Assembly: GCA_028023455.1 (NCBI GenBank) | Contig: JAQFVV010000003.1 | Coordinates: 22,382,001-22,446,000 of the forward strand | Direction: 5' to 3' | Source: Epiperipatus broadwayi | Lineage: Eukaryota; Animalia; Onychophora | DNA length: 64,000 nucleotides | In this document: positions 52,061-64,000 of the stretch, piece after piece | Layout: each line of letters begins with the position of its first letter | Position numbering within the stretch: position 1 is the stretch's first letter | Made by a program: the position numbers and the translations under genes | The notes under the pieces: generated by a model | Told to the model about the DNA's origin: nothing | The model's input: the letters and a program-made list of their open reading frames with translations, nothing else | The model's database searches: none

Positions 52061-53858
52061 TCAATAATAACTATGATTATATCTGTAACTGGATACTAAC
52101 AACACTATCATATGACTTTCTCGTATGTTTTCAAGAGTACTCATCTTCATTCTATTCTAGAGTCATTTATTGTAAGCCTGAGTAAGAAATGGTTACCCAG
52201 TTGGTGCATTCCTGCCAATGAAGAATAGGATTCAAGGCTATGTACCTAAAAACAATTGTTCACTATGTTATATGAAGACAAAAGTTTTTAAAAAAGTCAG
52301 GAGATGGAGATTTACAAATGCATTTGTATTTATTATTAATAAAAATGAATATGAACATAGATTCTATCCAAGTATTATTGAGTTAGTATGTGAAGAAAGA
52401 AATGACAGAAAGGTAAAAGTGATTAGATTTATTGTGCAAAATGAACACAAGAAGAAACAAAGAGTCAATATTGTTCAAATAAGCAAAAAAATTGTTTTTT
52501 AAAATTTTAACAATCTAATATTGTTTTTTTTTTTTTTGGTAATCATGATTATGATGCTAATGTGTTGAAAGTAAACTTAGTTTCTCAAATTAATTTTACA
52601 TTTTATTCTCTATTACAGTGTGTTTATAATAATATATATGACAGAAAATATATGGACATTTAGTTTTAGTTTAATATTAATATTGTCTGATAATGATGTA
52701 ATATCAATAATGTTGTAGGTAAATGTTTTTTTTTTTAAAAATAAGTATATATGTATGTCATATATAAGTTTTAAAACTTACTACAATTTATATAAAATAA
52801 ACATTTTTATGGTAAACTCTATACAGCCAATTGATTGCCATCAAATATTTGTATATTTATCCAAAACATGGTCCTAACCCAATCATAATTTGGCATGCAG
52901 AGTTACATGTTAAGCAGTTCTTTCCTCTTTAAATTGTTATTAATTCAATATGTGATCCATTTTCAAATTATTACTCATTCAATATAAATTTTATACTCTA
53001 AAGTGAAAACTCTAGCAGTTATGCATGATTGAAACAGTACTTCAATCATCATCATCATTTATTATTATTATTATTTGTGATTAGTTCAAAAATTGAAACA
53101 TTTTAAATTTTGCATTATGATCTGTGAAATTCTAAAAATGAAAGTCCAAAACAATGTAAGTGTTCATAATTGGTATTTTACTTGCATGAACGAGACTTTT
53201 GCAAATAATTCCAGGCATAAATAAAAAAATTTAAAAATTAATATGATCTATAAGTCATCTCAGTGCCCACTTCTATGTTTGATACTTTGTGAACATCTCA
53301 AACATTACACTGCTTATTTTCATTTGTTAAAAAAATATTTTTTTCAATATTCTTCATCATGACTAATAGTAAAATTTACATGAAAATGGATTAAAATGAG
53401 TCATAGAATGTTTGACATATATAATTAGAGAACTGTCTGAACAATTTGAAAATGACTGACGTATGATGCCTTTAGTATTCTGCAGAAATAAGTTTGCTTC
53501 TTAAAATATTATTTCTTTTTAAATTTCTTAATAAACTTCCTTAGTAAAAAAATTATCAGATTTGTCAGCCAGTATGGCAAAGTTATGTGATTATGAATCC
53601 TTTCCTTTGATTTCATCAAAGATCACTATTTCTATCACCAAGTCTGGTCATTAGATTTCTGATGAGCAATGCAAAAATGAAGAAAATTATGATTAAAGAT
53701 GTTTTAGTATGACTACTACTTGGGAAATGGGAAAGTTAGAATTTTATATGAATGATTGGGGCATAACTAATATTTTTAAATTCACAATACATATATAGAT
53801 TATCAAAAATGAAAATTTAAGTTTAATCCATTATGCTGCTTTTACATATATTTAAATA

Positions 53859-54235
53859 CATCATATGATATAATGTAAAATATCTTTATATATGAACTCA
53901 ATTATATTAATTACAACAAAAATAATTGTATGAATATATATCAATTAGTTTAACTAATAATTAGCTAATAATAAATGAATGGAAAATTATAATAATATAC
54001 ATTTGTACTGTTTTTTCCTTCATTGTACATATTATGTTATTGTTATAATAAGTTCTATTAATTTTATATAAAAGGGATAGATGTCACTATGTCTGCAACG
54101 TAGATTGTAATTGTAGAATAGTTCCAACACACTGAAAAGGGCAAAAATTAATATTTGTCAAAAACAGCTTTTATGTATTATTATTGTTATTATATATTTT
54201 GTTATATAAAGATATTTTACATCGTATGATTTATT
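53859..54235 (+). mobile_element. Older Penelope-like pLTR fragment with short inverted 5' copy
   Basis: Homologous to 29560-29921. 20-bp inverted repeat at 53873-53892 / 54203-54222. Confidence 0.7.
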
Positions 54236-57200
54236 AAAATAGATTAGTATATTAATAGATAAGTCTGAACACAGATCAGTGAAATATGAATTTGATATAG
54301 ATTTTCAGATTCAGTTGTTTTCAGAGAGTGACACAGATTTTGACTTTTGAAGTTTCCATCAGAAGGAAATATTACAAAGGATATAAAGAATAAGAGTAAC
54401 TTTGGATAACAACACTCTTTATAATAAATCAAGTCTTGATTTGACAGGACTGTAGGAAAACATTTAATTTTTGTTAAGAAACTATTGTTCAATAATACAA
54501 TTATGTAATTTAATTCATTTTTGCTGAAGTGGTTATAGATTTTGATATTATTCAAATTATTGAAATCATTTCAGAATAGCAATGTGCCATTCTTGCATCA
54601 ACTTGGTTACTTAAGATTTTGAAATCTGAATGCAGTCCTGAAGAGGAATGTTTTGAACATCACCTCTTTAATATGAGACAGATTGGTATATAATGTGTAT
54701 GGTGAATGCTTAAACTTTACTAGAAGAACTGTTAAATTTTATTATTGTTGGACTTCAATAATTCATTTACTTTAATAAAAATTCTACTTTTCTAGATTTA
54801 AAATTATTTTGTTTTACCAAAAATTTCTATGTTCTAAATAAATTATTTTACCAGAATTACTAGAAAAAGCAACATTACCTGTCAGAGTTTTCTAGTAACA
54901 AAACTACTAATTGTTTAAATTTTTAAAAATAAATCATAAATGTGAACTTCAGCCTCCATGTCTATGAATTATTTAAATATGGCTAGAGAAAGTATGAACA
55001 TTTCTTCAAGTTACAATGAGACCTAAGATTTTTATTTTAGGTAGCTAGGTTATGATTAAAGTTTCAATATTTGTCAGTAAGCAGATATGTAGCTATTCAT
55101 AGTTAGAGAGTAAAACAAGAATAGAAAACTTCAATCTCTCACCATTCAAGAAGAACATTAAGCTTGATAATGAAGTGTTTTCCATTGCTATTTTTCTATA
55201 GGAACTGCTAGTGAAGCCTTTCCTCTGCAGGGGATCTACATAAAGATTGTTTTAATTTATCTAGATTTCAGATGGTAAAATTTATAATTTTTTAATTTTA
55301 AAAAATTGACAAAAATAAATACTGAAAAGAAAATTAGGGATTTAATGAGTTGTAATTTAATATTTTTTAAAAAAAATTTAATACTCAAAATATACATGTT
55401 TTAAAATTATAACTTTTTTTTAAATAAAAAGTGTGTATGCAACAAACAAAAGTTTCTATGTTTAATTTTTCCATAAAATCATAATTAGAAATGTAAATGA
55501 AATATAACAACAGTGAAAGACTGATAAGTAAATCTATAAAAATGTAATGAAAATTTTTTAAAAACTGGCTTTTTAAAATAATTTTAAAAAAAGGGCTAAT
55601 TTATTTTGAAAAGATTAAAAAGTCTTACAATAAGAATAGAAACTGCTATTTTATATCTCATTAAGATTAGATTTATATAAAAGGCTTGTTAAATATTTTA
55701 TTTAGAGTACAAGTTTTGTATGAACCAAGAATTGGATAATTAGAAGAAAAAAAAGAGGAGGAAAGATTAAAAGTATATGAGAAAAAATATATATAAGTTG
55801 AAATAATAGGGTTGGCACTGCTAAAGAATTTAAGAAAAACAAAATAGTTATTTATTAAATGAGTTATGAAGCAGAAAAGAAATGGAATTACATATAGACT
55901 TAAAGGTAAAAAAAAAATATATGAAGGCTATTTCAGAAGATGTTATTATAAATAGTAAGAAATAGAAAAGATTGGAGAAAATTATGAACTGATTTGCAGA
56001 ACATGCCTTTTGTAGAACATGTCTAACAATGATGATAAAAAAGATACTCTGCATTCTTTTATACTTTTTACACTAGCAAACAAGTTTATTTTTAATTTAA
56101 AAAAGAGCTATGCATTGCAATATGTATAACTTAGAATGTGCATACATTCATAATTGTTCGTATACTCAATCAATATTTCTTCAATAATTTAAACTATTTA
56201 ATACATTGTAACAACTTTTTACAAAGTATAATTACATCTATGACATACAATACATAATATGTTCACCTCTTTCTTACTTATGCATTTGTATACTAATATT
56301 AAAATAAAATGTAGAATAATATGCACATTACAATGTAGTTGCTTATTTAAGTTTACAATATTGATCTAAACTGAATGCCAACTGTCTAATTTGGCTGATA
56401 AGTTTGATCCTATGTTGTCAACTATTTGTTTTATTGACCTTGGTGTTAAGTTAATTGTTGCTTCTTTAAATGTTTTGGCAAATGGATTTAAGTAAAATTA
56501 TTAAATATTTGTTGATTTTGTTTTTACTTATATAATTTATATCATCAGTTGGGGGGGGGGGAGTGGATGAAAGATGAATGAAAGTTATCATCTTAATTTA
56601 GTTTGCTTAGAATAATAATTACTAATGCTTGTAACTAAATTAATCAACATAATTAATCATTATTGTTCTTTTTATCATTTTCTCTCTCTATTTTTTTTTT
56701 TTTTTCAATTACCTAGTATTCTCTGCACTGTGTTTGTGCAACTTCATTTTTATTGCTTTAATTAGTCATACAATAATTCTGATTCCAATCTCTTCTTTTT
56801 TACTTTGTTTCTAACTATTTACTCTTTATTTTTTGATCTTTTTTTTCTTTCTGAAATTAGAAAAGCTCTATTCATTTAGAAATCATTATTTGTGTTAATA
56901 ATTAAAATGTTTATAAAATATAAAATTAATTGAATGGCAAGTTGCTTAGAAGATAATATAGCATTTGAGGAATCTGGCAAAATTGAGCAGAATGATTTCA
57001 TTCAAATGAGCAAAACTCATATTATTGTATTTGTATAATTTTCCCACAGATAAAGTAACAGATTTTTTTTTTTTTTAGCTCTAAACATTAGCATTAAAAC
57101 ACTGCAATTAATTATGTGCCAAAATCATATTTGCATTAGTAGGTGTAATAAAAAAAGATGATGTTTATTATTGCTATTATTTTCTATTATTGTTGTAAAA

Positions 57201-57299
57201 TGTTTATTAATATTTAATTCCTATTAAATTTGATTAAAAACAACTTGTGTAGTTTGAGCATAACGATTGTTATAGATTCAAAAACTAAAGATGTGTGAA

Positions 57300-57900
57300 T
57301 CAAATCTCAGTCTATACCTAATAATATTATCATCTCTCCAAGTTCAATCCACCTTCTCCGATCTTTAGCGTCTCTTCTCCACATCACCACTGCACAGTTT
57401 CTTATTACATCGATCCATGTCACATGTGGTTTCTTTCTGGGTCTTTTATAATCTCTTGGAATCCATTTTAAGATTTCAATTGTCCATCTATTATCATTCC
57501 TTTTAGCAATATATCCAGCCCAACTCCACTTCAATCTTTTAATTTTTTCAATGAGGTCACTCATATATTGCGTTTTTGATCTCTTCTTGTTACTCCCAAT
57601 ATGCATCTCTCCATACTTTTTTGAGTGGTCTGAAGTCTCTGTATTGCTCTTCTATTAAGTGTCCACATCTCAGACCCATAACTAAGAACTGGTAAAACAC
57701 ATTTATTAAAAACCTTCCTTTTCAAACATATAGACATATTTCCTTTTACTATCAAGTTATTTCTACTAAAAGTATTCCAATCAAATTTAATTCTATGATT
57801 AATTTCATCCATTATGTTTCAATCTTTATTAATAATCTGACCAAGGTATTTGTAGCTGCTAACTTCTAACGTATCATAATCAATCTTTATTTTCATATTT
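57300..57900 (-). mobile_element. 5'-truncated RTE-clade LINE 3' end
   Basis: DEINHRIKFDWNTF..LKRKVFNKCVLPVLSYGSEMWTL and KIKRLKWSWAGYIAKRNDNRWTIEILKWIPRDYKRPRKKPHVTWIDVI, in two overlapping frames. Confidence 0.9.
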
Positions 57901-60879
57901 TGAAAAAAATCCATTGATTATACCATGCAATTAGTTAAAAAAAAAAAAAAAATCACTTCAAGACATGTGAGGAATATAAAATAGTTTTGAGAAAAAATAA
58001 GTTAAGTTGAAACTTTATTTAAGCTTTGATCCATTTTAAGCTTTCTCCTAACCACTAGCTGAATCATATAATATGTTAATATATATTGTTATCTACGCTA
58101 ATTTGAAACCGTTATATACTCAAATTAGTCTGAGCATTCCTTATCTTAGTTGCTTATACTTAACAAATAAATAAGCATATTTAGCAGTAGTAATGTTACT
58201 TATAAATAGTGCGTTTGCCTCTAAACTATGAAACACTTTTTAAAAATAAAAGAGATTCTAAGCTATATCATTTCTTCTTAGGAAGTTCTTTTGATTTCTT
58301 TTTTAAAGTAAACTCACAAGACTGGCTCAGAAAAAAAATCAATTCTAAAAAGACTCATTCCTCATTTAGAAAGAATGAAATCAGTTACATGTCTTAATTA
58401 AAGGCAGGCTGGCAAGCATTATGGAATGAGGTCAAAGGGTAAGTAGTGGAGGAAGTGGATACAGTAAATCAATTTTTAAGTTTGCTCAAAGAAGAAATTG
58501 GTTTCTGAAATCCAATCTGTTATCCTTAAATAGAAAAACAAGACGAAAAAAAATTCACTGGAGGGGGGTGAGTGAATTACAATTAATTTTTTCATAATAT
58601 TTACATCAATAATTAAAAGAAAAACTATATAAAAAGATAATAATTTGATGAGTTGTTTAGGATAAAGATGACAGAAATATCTTTTTAGTTCCATCACGCT
58701 ATCATTACGCTTAAGCACAGAGCAAACAAAAAAAAAAAGAGCGATAGAGAATGCAGGTGTTGAATTGCATTTGTACTTCGCTTCATTTTTTTTTTTTGCA
58801 ACATTTTTCAAACTCTGATTTAAGATGTATTAAGGAAGCAAAAGTTGTTTATGAAATACGTTACAATCATTCTAAAGATACTGCATCCTAAAAAAAATAT
58901 ATCTAGTCAAGTGCATGAGGTTGTATTATCTGTTAAAATACATCAAATATTAGAAATTATGGCACAGAATGACATTTAAATGCACTTCCGCATAAATATA
59001 ATGTGTAAGACAGTGTTTGTGTATGTTTAATGAAGCTTTAAAGTGTGTATAATGGTTTCAAAGATTTCACGGTATGAGTGATTGATGCATATGCTAACCA
59101 ATAACTCAAAATTTGGATCTAAGACTGGCAAAAATCTGAAAAAAAATTCTTTGCAGATTCTAATCTAGCTTAAGATTTGCTTTTCCAGAATTAGACCATG
59201 GGCAAACTAACTAACCATCCAATATTGGTTGGTAAATGGGTACCTAGTTATTAACTAGAGGATAAACAAATACTGTATAGGAAAATGCTTAAATTCTCAT
59301 TGTTCCACAATTAGGTTAACAATATCTTCTCTATTTTGTACAAGAAATGTCTCAGAGGGAACTAATTATACAATTCACTATAGTTAATTCAAATGCATTT
59401 GGGTGGATTTCTATGAATTAATTCGTGGTCTATAAATGTCATCCTAATGCTGCTAATAATAAATTAAATTAAGGTGAATTTAAGATAAGAATTATTTCCC
59501 AAATAATTCACAAAATCTTGTGAATAATTTATTATTATTTTGAGTTCAAAACTGAGTTTTCATTTGGATCGCTGAAATGGAAAATGTTTAAAAATTAAAC
59601 AAAGTACTAGCATAACTTATATAATTTATTACAGAATATTTTTTTTTATAAGTAAATTCACTACTTATATCTACTTGATTACAAAATAATTTTGCCCTGT
59701 TGTTAGAAATTAGAATACTGTATTTTAATAAAATTTTAACCATTTTTATATATCAAAAAAGTGATAATAAAAAGAGAAATGTTTAAAAATTTGTTTATTA
59801 GTAAATACCTTATAAATTAATTAAGCAAAAGAATGTATATATTTTAATTCAGTACCTATGTACAATTATTTGAAATTTTGCGTTACTACAAAAAAAAAAT
59901 AATAGTAATAACTTTTCAATATTTTTTTTTGTTTATATTTTAAAATTAAACTGTTTAGCTCACAAATACAGACTTTTTAGTTTATATTTCATATAGAATT
60001 GAACATAAATAATGAATAAACCAAACACAACATTTTTTTCGTGAAGATAAAAAACAAACAAATAAAAGGTTTGAGAAATGAATCTGGGATCTCCCAATAC
60101 CAATTCAGAGACTATACTCACTTAGCCGAATCATAGTGTTTGTCTGAAAATTTGTGACAATGGTATTGTCATTAGAATGCCTGTAGTCAAACCAGCAACA
60201 TCTGAAGAAGAAAACACCACTAGAAATGCTGTGTTATACGTTAATCTGGGTCTATTAGTGGCAGTTGAATGTATTTGAAAAATTTAAATAAAGTTTGAAT
60301 TTTTCTAAAAACATTTGATAATTAATATTAGATGATAGAAATAATCCAATATATACTTACAAAGAGATATTCATGGAGAAATTATTTGTATACTAAATTA
60401 GCCTGTTACCATTTTCTTAAAAATTGACTTTTAATATAGAATTGCAAATATTTTGATTTCAACTGTCATAAAAAAATTCCAAATAAATACATATTCATAT
60501 ACTTGCAGACAAATTAAAATTCAGTATAAAAGATTGTTCTAATGACATGATACTGTTTGTCCATATTATATTACATCAAATGATTGGCATAATCTTGCAT
60601 GACATTAAAACTTCAATCACATTTTTTACTTTTTTTAAAAAAAAAATTACTTTTTAATATAAAAAAATCACATTTTTTTTTTTTGTTTCTGGGAATTAAT
60701 ATATAGAAACTTGGAATTTCATGCATTTAAAAGTAGGTCTAACTTCTTTACAAAAGTGATTTGTGGATATTAAATTAACCATGCATTTTTTCTTTTAATT
60801 TTAGTTGATGTAATAATGTAGCAATCTGTTATAAAAAGTTGTTGCAATATAAAAAAATTTTATTTGCCAATGAAAATAA

Positions 60880-61360
60880 CTCTAGCATAAAACCATACAT
60901 TCTTTGCTTCTGGATTATGCAAAGTCTATGCAGAATAAAAATTTATTCATTTAGAAAAAAATGTATCATGGATAGAAAACTAGTTAGTGCATTTCTTTAT
61001 TTGATATTGCATCTACTAAAGGACTAAAAATTTGCATTAAAAATTGCCACTATATTTTATCTCACATTTGCTTTTAAAAAATAAAATTTTAGCCTAGAGT
61101 CATTATATCTTTACTTTTGGATTATGTAAAGTTTATGCAGTTTAAGGGTTACTTTAATCTTTGTATTAAAATTTATTGTAGATAGAAAACTGTATGGTTT
61201 TCTTTTTGATATCTGCTAAAGGGTTATGTAGACAAAATTTTATATAGCATTGGTATTAGTTTAATTTCTTTATAAAAATGAATAATGGACATAAAACTCA
61301 GGATATGATTTTTCTTTTTTTGATGTCAGCTAAAGGAATAAAAACCTGACATTCAAAACT
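60880..61360. repeat. Degenerate ~200-bp tandem repeat
   Basis: ttggattatg.aaagt.tatgcag..gatagaaaact..ttgatat..ctaaagg recurs about 2.5 times. Confidence 0.6.
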
Positions 61361-64000
61361 GTTGCATTTTTTCTATTTCATTTTTAAAATTAATAGAAAT
61401 AAATTTTTAACCCAAAATGTTTTTTTTTTTTTTACCTTTATATGGCAAATATAGTTGAGAATATATTATTCCATATATTCACATAGCATAGATTTAAACT
61501 ACTTTTCTAACAACTACAAAAATTGTTGTCTATTTTTGCAGAAACATGTTGGCTAATCTAAATTTGGATTAATGATAACATATCTATATTGAATTAAATC
61601 AATTAACATTCACAAAATTATAAAAAATAAAATTGATTTTTCAAATTTAAAGAATTAAGCACCAAATTTAATATATATATAAAAAAATTAATCTTGTAAA
61701 TATGAAATATATATAAATCATGCCTCTATCAGTTTCAAATAAAATTTCATATTAGTTTATTCTGATATTCTATTCTGTATAATGTACAATGTATCTTTTT
61801 TAAATATTTTTTTTTTATTGTAAAAGGGAACTCATAGCTATTTTACAGGCAGCATTGAATTTTTAGTTGTAAACATTCAGATATTAGTTAACACAAAACT
61901 ATATTAAATATTCAATAATCTTGTACAGCAAGAAAAGCTGCCAATTATATTTATAAATGCTTTAAACCAATTATTTCTTGATTGTGCTAATATATATTAT
62001 TGAAAGGTCCTATATAATGGACCTAATATCCGCAAAAAAGCCATTGTATATGTTATTATTTTCTTTTCTGAATCAGTAAATAATTAAAATTTTGGAATAA
62101 GTTATTACGAAGTTATTAAATCTAAACATTGTTTTCTTTTTCTAATAAATGAAGTCATAAAATGAATACATTTAAGCATAATATTGAAGGATATATATTA
62201 TCAAAATGCGAGACATTGCTGCAGGTAAATGTATTTTTTGGATCTTGTTCTTTGACTGAGAATATATTCTCTAAAACAGTTATGCAGGCTGACTGTATTC
62301 ATCTTTATATAATATGAAATTTTATTTTATTTATTATTTAGAATTAAGATATTTAATAGACAAAGTGTTAATCACAACAGATATGCAATAATCATTTATA
62401 GACCTTAACTTGGAATTCAGAAATATATGTTAAAAAAAATCTTAATCCAGTAATAAAAAGTCAATATCACTGGCTACATGTAACTATTAATTTATTTTTG
62501 GGGTGAATGGATGATAGCTTTTCTGCAGCCCATCTTGCAAGTAATATGCATTAGTAAATATAACTAATATTGCCACATGGAAAACAGACTTTATGTTGAT
62601 GAATTTGGGTTAAAGATAGAAAATTGTGAAAACACACAAATCAAAATTATTGTTGTGAAGTCGGGTAGTATTCTAGGAAATGGCTGTGCCATAAATACAA
62701 AGGCTAAAGTCCTAGGCTCTTAAAATAAAAATCAACTGCATAATGTAGATAAATATGGAAAATCTCAAGAGCCAGGTATATTTTTTAGAGAATAATCTCT
62801 TAAAATAGCTATTATAATAAACTTACTTATGCTTAGCCTTGAGGATATGTAAAATAAAAAATAGAGATATTCTACAAATTAATTATACAGCAATTGATTT
62901 CAGGAGACATTACTTTCCTAATAATTTGCATCTTCTTAAAATTCCTGCTTCATAATGGAGCCTAATAAAATGCATTATAAATATATTATCTTTGATTCAA
63001 ATAATAATGCAATCACCATTTAGATAAATAATTTCTACATATGCAATATTTAAAAACTTCCCATTACAAACTGGCTCTATGATTTTCTTCCCTTCCAGAT
63101 CTTTCTACATCCTTTGTATTTACAGATTTAAATTTTTATTGTAATCTTTAAGCATATTCAATTGAGAACCAAGTACATTACCAGTTTTTACAATGTAAAG
63201 ATTTAAACAACATGCATGTCAATCAATGAGAAAATTCCAAATAGGCAGATGTCAAACAAAGACTATTTCCTATGTTTTGTTTAGACCAAAGATGGTTCAC
63301 CAATATTTGCTAATCTATTAATAATGGATCCTTTCTTTCACAGCTAACTTAAACCAACTCTAATCTCTTTTAGAATTTCCATTTCCACAGCTAAGAGTGC
63401 ACTAAAATGAAATTTAAAAAAGCTAACTAGAGACAATATATAGGCAATCTTGAACAAAATAGTATTAGAATCCCATCCATCCTCTCTTGTTATAATAGAT
63501 TTATAAACTCACAATGCCAATTATGAAAGCTAAACTAAATTATATCAAAAACAATTTATGCCAAGTTGGAATGAAGCTGCCAATACTCTTTATAGGCAAC
63601 ATTTGACTATAAAGAATCAGAAATTGCTAACAAACTTATAAATTTTTTGGTTGTTTCTGAAAAAAAAAAGATCAAGAAAAATTAAAGGCTTAGGATATCT
63701 AGTTGTAAAGTCTGACCACTTTCATATAAGTGGTTATAAAAGCAACTTTAAAAGAACCACAGTTGTTACTTGTAATGAAAATGTCAATCTTATACACCAG
63801 ACTTTTAAACTCAAGATTGACAAAAAAGAGGTGAGATTAAAATAGAACTGCAAGATGTCTTTCCAATATTTTCCTAATAAATGATGATGATCTTGACCTT
63901 GTTTCTTAAACCCCCCAAAAATCCCAAAGAGCAGATAGCATGCCTCCAGAGTTTCTAAAAAATTTAAAACCAAAATATAGTTCTCATGTGTCATAGCATC

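Noticed and set aside
53656-53695. CTGATGAGCAATGCAAAA as another hammerhead
   Set aside because: No GAAA, no usable stem III or cleavage triplet, and no second copy.
58400-58445. Possible micro-exon AGWQALWNEVK followed by GTAAGT
   Set aside because: Weak acceptor, no partner exon and no recognisable homology.
6759-61027. The many 60-100 aa F/L/I/K-rich ORFs in the ORF track
   Set aside because: These are expected by chance in very AT-rich DNA, or are antisense frames of TE remnants.
62500-64000. LINE remnants and ORFs 63651-63845 and 63734-63994
   Set aside because: Single weak motif resemblances only.

Overview
Very AT-rich, CpG-poor eukaryotic DNA, most likely an invertebrate animal (inferred from the repeat content), made almost entirely of transposable elements and their remnants. 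No host gene can be identified confidently. The main signal is a set of hammerhead-ribozyme (HHR) repeats. Family A has a 466-bp unit with a type I HHR. It occurs as a young ~8.5-unit head-to-tail array (2446-6826), three smaller fold-back insertions and several fragments. The array and the two best-defined small insertions have clear target-site duplications. Its core is unusual: CUGANGA-A-[GGC/GCC]-A-GAAA, with a palindromic ACUAGU stem III suited to dimeric folding. Family B has a ~340-390-bp unit with a second type I HHR (AUGCAU stem III). A Penelope-like element (RT + GIY-YIG) with inverted terminal copies and a decayed HHR-like motif lies in the same window and is a candidate mobiliser. 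Also present: two hAT elements, a TG..CA LTR retrotransposon with a 5-bp TSD, decayed gypsy, RTE/BovB and Tx1/L1 LINEs (partly nested), tRNA-derived SINE heads, local tandem repeats, and a CpG-richer island near 50-52 kb with two candidate small exons. All alignments and counts were done by eye.
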